Source: Candidatus Saccharimonadales bacterium
Lineage (GTDB): Bacteria; Patescibacteriota; Microgenomatia; Levybacterales; UBA12049
Direction of reading: 5' to 3'
DNA: 57,417 nt
NCBI GenBank assembly: GCA_035478335.1
Contig: DATIJS010000033.1
Location: 1 to 57,417 of the forward strand
The translations under genes were made by a program, and so were the position numbers. Shown piece after piece: positions 55,454 to 57,417 of the stretch. Each line of letters begins with the position of its first letter. Position 1 is the first letter of the stretch. The notes below the pieces were generated by a model, which worked only from the letters and a program-made list of their open reading frames with translations, was not told the origin of the DNA and made no database searches.

Positions 55454-56686
55454 TTATCTAGGTACAAACAAAACAGCGTTGGGGATATTGCGTCCCGGTC
55501 CGACTTTGTATCCACCTAACCATAGCGCAGTTGATCCGCCGCTATCTAAATTCAAAGCATTATCCAGTCCTAGCGCTTTTAGAACATACGCAACTTCTGC
55601 AACTGTCGCGTTATAAACAACACCAATATACACAGTGCCGCCTTTATTTCCTACAAAACTGCGCGCGCCTTTACTTCCTTGCTTGGGGTCTGATCCTCCG
55701 CCAAAAGCAATATTTCCTCCTGACAACAACAATGGCTGATTGGCAATCACTCCATCTACTCCCGTATCCCGTCCCCATCCACTAGTTGCGCCAATGAATC
55801 TCGCGTAACCTGCGCCAAAAATAGCAACCGGAACATTGGAATAAACATTGTTGTCAGAATTTATGTATTTTTTATTTTTGTTCATCACTAAAGTGTCAAA
55901 GGAATTGGTTTTCCCCGCACATGATGGATAGGATGCAGGACAGAAGTATGATCCATTGACTCCGGCAAACGCCCCGGACCGGGCTACATAATCACCAAGT
56001 GAGAGAACTGGACAATTATCCCGACAATCACCATCGCTTGCCGTATCTATAATAACTCTAGTAGATCCCAAATCTGCAGCAACCAAGCTCACGGCATATG
56101 TTCCGATTTCAGCCTTAACTGACTGGAAGCTATATCCGCTTCCAGGAGGAGTATTACTGGTAGCAGCAGGAAGAACCGGGACTCCTGCAGCCTGAGCAGC
56201 TTTAGCAGCAGCAGCAGCAGCCTGAGCAGCCGCCAATTCGTCACTTGATTTCTTAATTTGTGAATTTAAATCAGCGAGTTGCGGCTCAGCCGATGCATAA
56301 TTTAAATCTGCCAAACTCTTAACAACAGATACGTAAAGTGATTCCATCTCATCTGTTTTTTGCTTTTGTGACTTTAGATCTTGAATCTTTTGGTAAGCAT
56401 CAATTGATCCTTTGTAATTTTTATTTATACGATCAATATCTGCTTTTAATTTCTGATTAATCTTCAATTGATCTTGATTTTTTAATTCGTCGTATGACTT
56501 GTTGGTAAGTAATAATTGATTATTGAGCTTAACTCTTTCAATTTTTGCCTGCTGGAGCTCTGCATTTGAGTCAAGATTTTGAAAGTAGGAGAAAACGAAT
56601 AATAAAGTGGGGACTGCAATTAGAGTTATAATTACTCCCTGAAAAACGCTGTGTTTTACTATTTTTTTGATTTGATGATGGATCAT
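55454..56686 (-). CDS. Membrane-anchored coiled-coil protein with phosphodiester glycosidase-like (DUF2233) C-terminal domain
   Basis: It has an N-terminal TM helix, a coiled coil and an Ala-rich linker. The C-terminal LNLDSGGSTALW pattern is typical of the family. Confidence 0.6.
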   Translation of the reverse strand: MIHHQIKKIVKHSVFQGVIITLIAVPTLLFVFSYFQNLDSNAELQQAKIERVKLNNQLLLTNKSYDELKNQDQLKINQKLKADIDRINKNYKGSIDAYQKIQDLKSQKQKTDEMESLYVSVVKSLADLNYASAEPQLADLNSQIKKSSDELAAAQAAAAAAKAAQAAGVPVLPAATSNTPPGSGYSFQSVKAEIGTYAVSLVAADLGSTRVIIDTASDGDCRDNCPVLSLGDYVARSGAFAGVNGSYFCPASYPSCAGKTNSFDTLVMNKNKKYINSDNNVYSNVPVAIFGAGYARFIGATSGWGRDTGVDGVIANQPLLLSGGNIAFGGGSDPKQGSKGARSFVGNKGGTVYIGVVYNATVAEVAYVLKALGLDNALNLDSGGSTALWLGGYKVGPGRNIPNAVLFVPR

Positions 56687-56795
56687 ATCTGACCCTGCCT
56701 TATAATTAGCTTATCAATTTCTAAAAAGAGAGTAAATGCTTAACATGCTCTATTGCTTTGAAGCCCAAAAAATAAATTAAATTCTCGTAGTGTTC

Positions 56796-57417
56796 TTAAG
56801 TCTTAATTCTTTTTTCTTGATTCTCTCGTTTTGCCAATTTGTAATAACTAGTTTTTGTACTTCCAAACTTCTCAACCATTCCTTTTTTGACTAAAGATGC
56901 AAGGAGTGAATGTGCCTGCTGGCGGGAGACTGAAAAAGCATCCTCAATGTCACTGGTTTTAATTGCTTTTTTATCAATGATGATTTGCAGGACTTCTTCC
57001 TCACGCGAGGTCACCAAAACTCTTTTTTCGCCAGTCACTTCATCAAGTTTTCCCGCTCTCAATTCATAGAGACGACCAATCGCGCTCTGCAAAGATGTAG
57101 CAATTCCTTCAAGAAAATATTCTAGCCACTCAGTCTTGTCTCCTCCATCTGCAGTGTGCAGGGTATCTGAGTAGAGATGACGATCAATATCATAATAATC
57201 ATCCAGAATAAAATACTTTGACACTTCATAGTGTTGAAGTAGTAAATAGTATGTAGTCAAAACCCGGCCTATTCTACCGTTTCCGTCAAAAAAAGGATGG
57301 ATATAGGCAAATTGATGATGAAAGATCCCGGCTTTAAGAAGCGGATGAATTTCCTTCTCTTCGGTTAACCATTTATATAATTCGTTCAATGCTGCGATAA
57401 TCTCGTCTTTTTTATGA
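56796..57417 (-). CDS. Fic-family protein with C-terminal winged-helix-like domain, N-terminus beyond the window
   Basis: It has the Fic motif HPFFDGNGRIGR. The frame stays open to nt 57417. Confidence 0.85.
   Translation of the reverse strand, partial: HKKDEIIAALNELYKWLTEEKEIHPLLKAGIFHHQFAYIHPFFDGNGRIGRVLTTYYLLLQHYEVSKYFILDDYYDIDRHLYSDTLHTADGGDKTEWLEYFLEGIATSLQSAIGRLYELRAGKLDEVTGEKRVLVTSREEEVLQIIIDKKAIKTSDIEDAFSVSRQQAHSLLASLVKKGMVEKFGSTKTSYYKLAKRENQEKRIKT

Noticed and set aside
56796-57417. Fic protein as part of a toxin-antitoxin or defence module
   Set aside because: The gene is cut by the window edge and no antitoxin-like small ORF is visible downstream. Nothing in the window supports a system-level claim.
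1-57417. Alternative genetic code (UGA recoding, as in some candidate phyla)
   Set aside because: Conserved genes terminate cleanly at TGA/TAA/TAG at the expected lengths (for example the aroB TGA overlapping the aroA ATG). No conserved protein is interrupted by in-frame TGA, so the standard code 11 fits.

Overview
This is a gene-dense, low-GC bacterial window, almost entirely housekeeping genes in tight, often overlapping operons. Many proteins are domain-minimised and there is a secretin-less type IV pilus locus. That suggests a small-genome, possibly CPR/Patescibacteria-like organism, but this is inference because no rRNA lies in the window. The + strand carries two GH73-like wall hydrolase paralogs, tRNA-Leu(UAG), a short trigger factor, ilvA-ridA and an odd tRNA locus. 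It continues with thrS-infC-rpmI-rplT, a 10-gene shikimate/Phe/Tyr operon, pheST, tyrS, recG, rpmF-nusB-rnc, rpsP-KH-trmD, holB and rarA. The - strand carries a PBP1A and a ~17 kb type IV pilus locus (pilB, pilT, pilC, major pilin, pilD, five pilin-like genes, pilMNO). That locus is interrupted by a histidine kinase/receiver/ornithine-decarboxylase/DMT-transporter block. Miscellaneous genes follow (DUF4382-like, permease, HAD, patatin, phosphodiester glycosidase-like, Fic). The most notable points are four. (1) A tRNA-like gene has matching halves separated by an intact tRNA-Val(GAC) plus a 70-nt structured segment. (2) Two apparent leader-peptide transcription attenuators carry cognate codon runs: WFYFYF before the aromatic operon and IISIII before ilvA-ridA. 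Both sit on apparently leaderless transcripts. (3) A -10 box lies 5-8 nt before the start codon at 11 genes. (4) A prephenate dehydrogenase-prephenate dehydratase fusion lacks an ACT domain. No CRISPR array, transposase or recognisable defence system was seen. All calls rest on reading the sequence and ORF translations; no database search was run.
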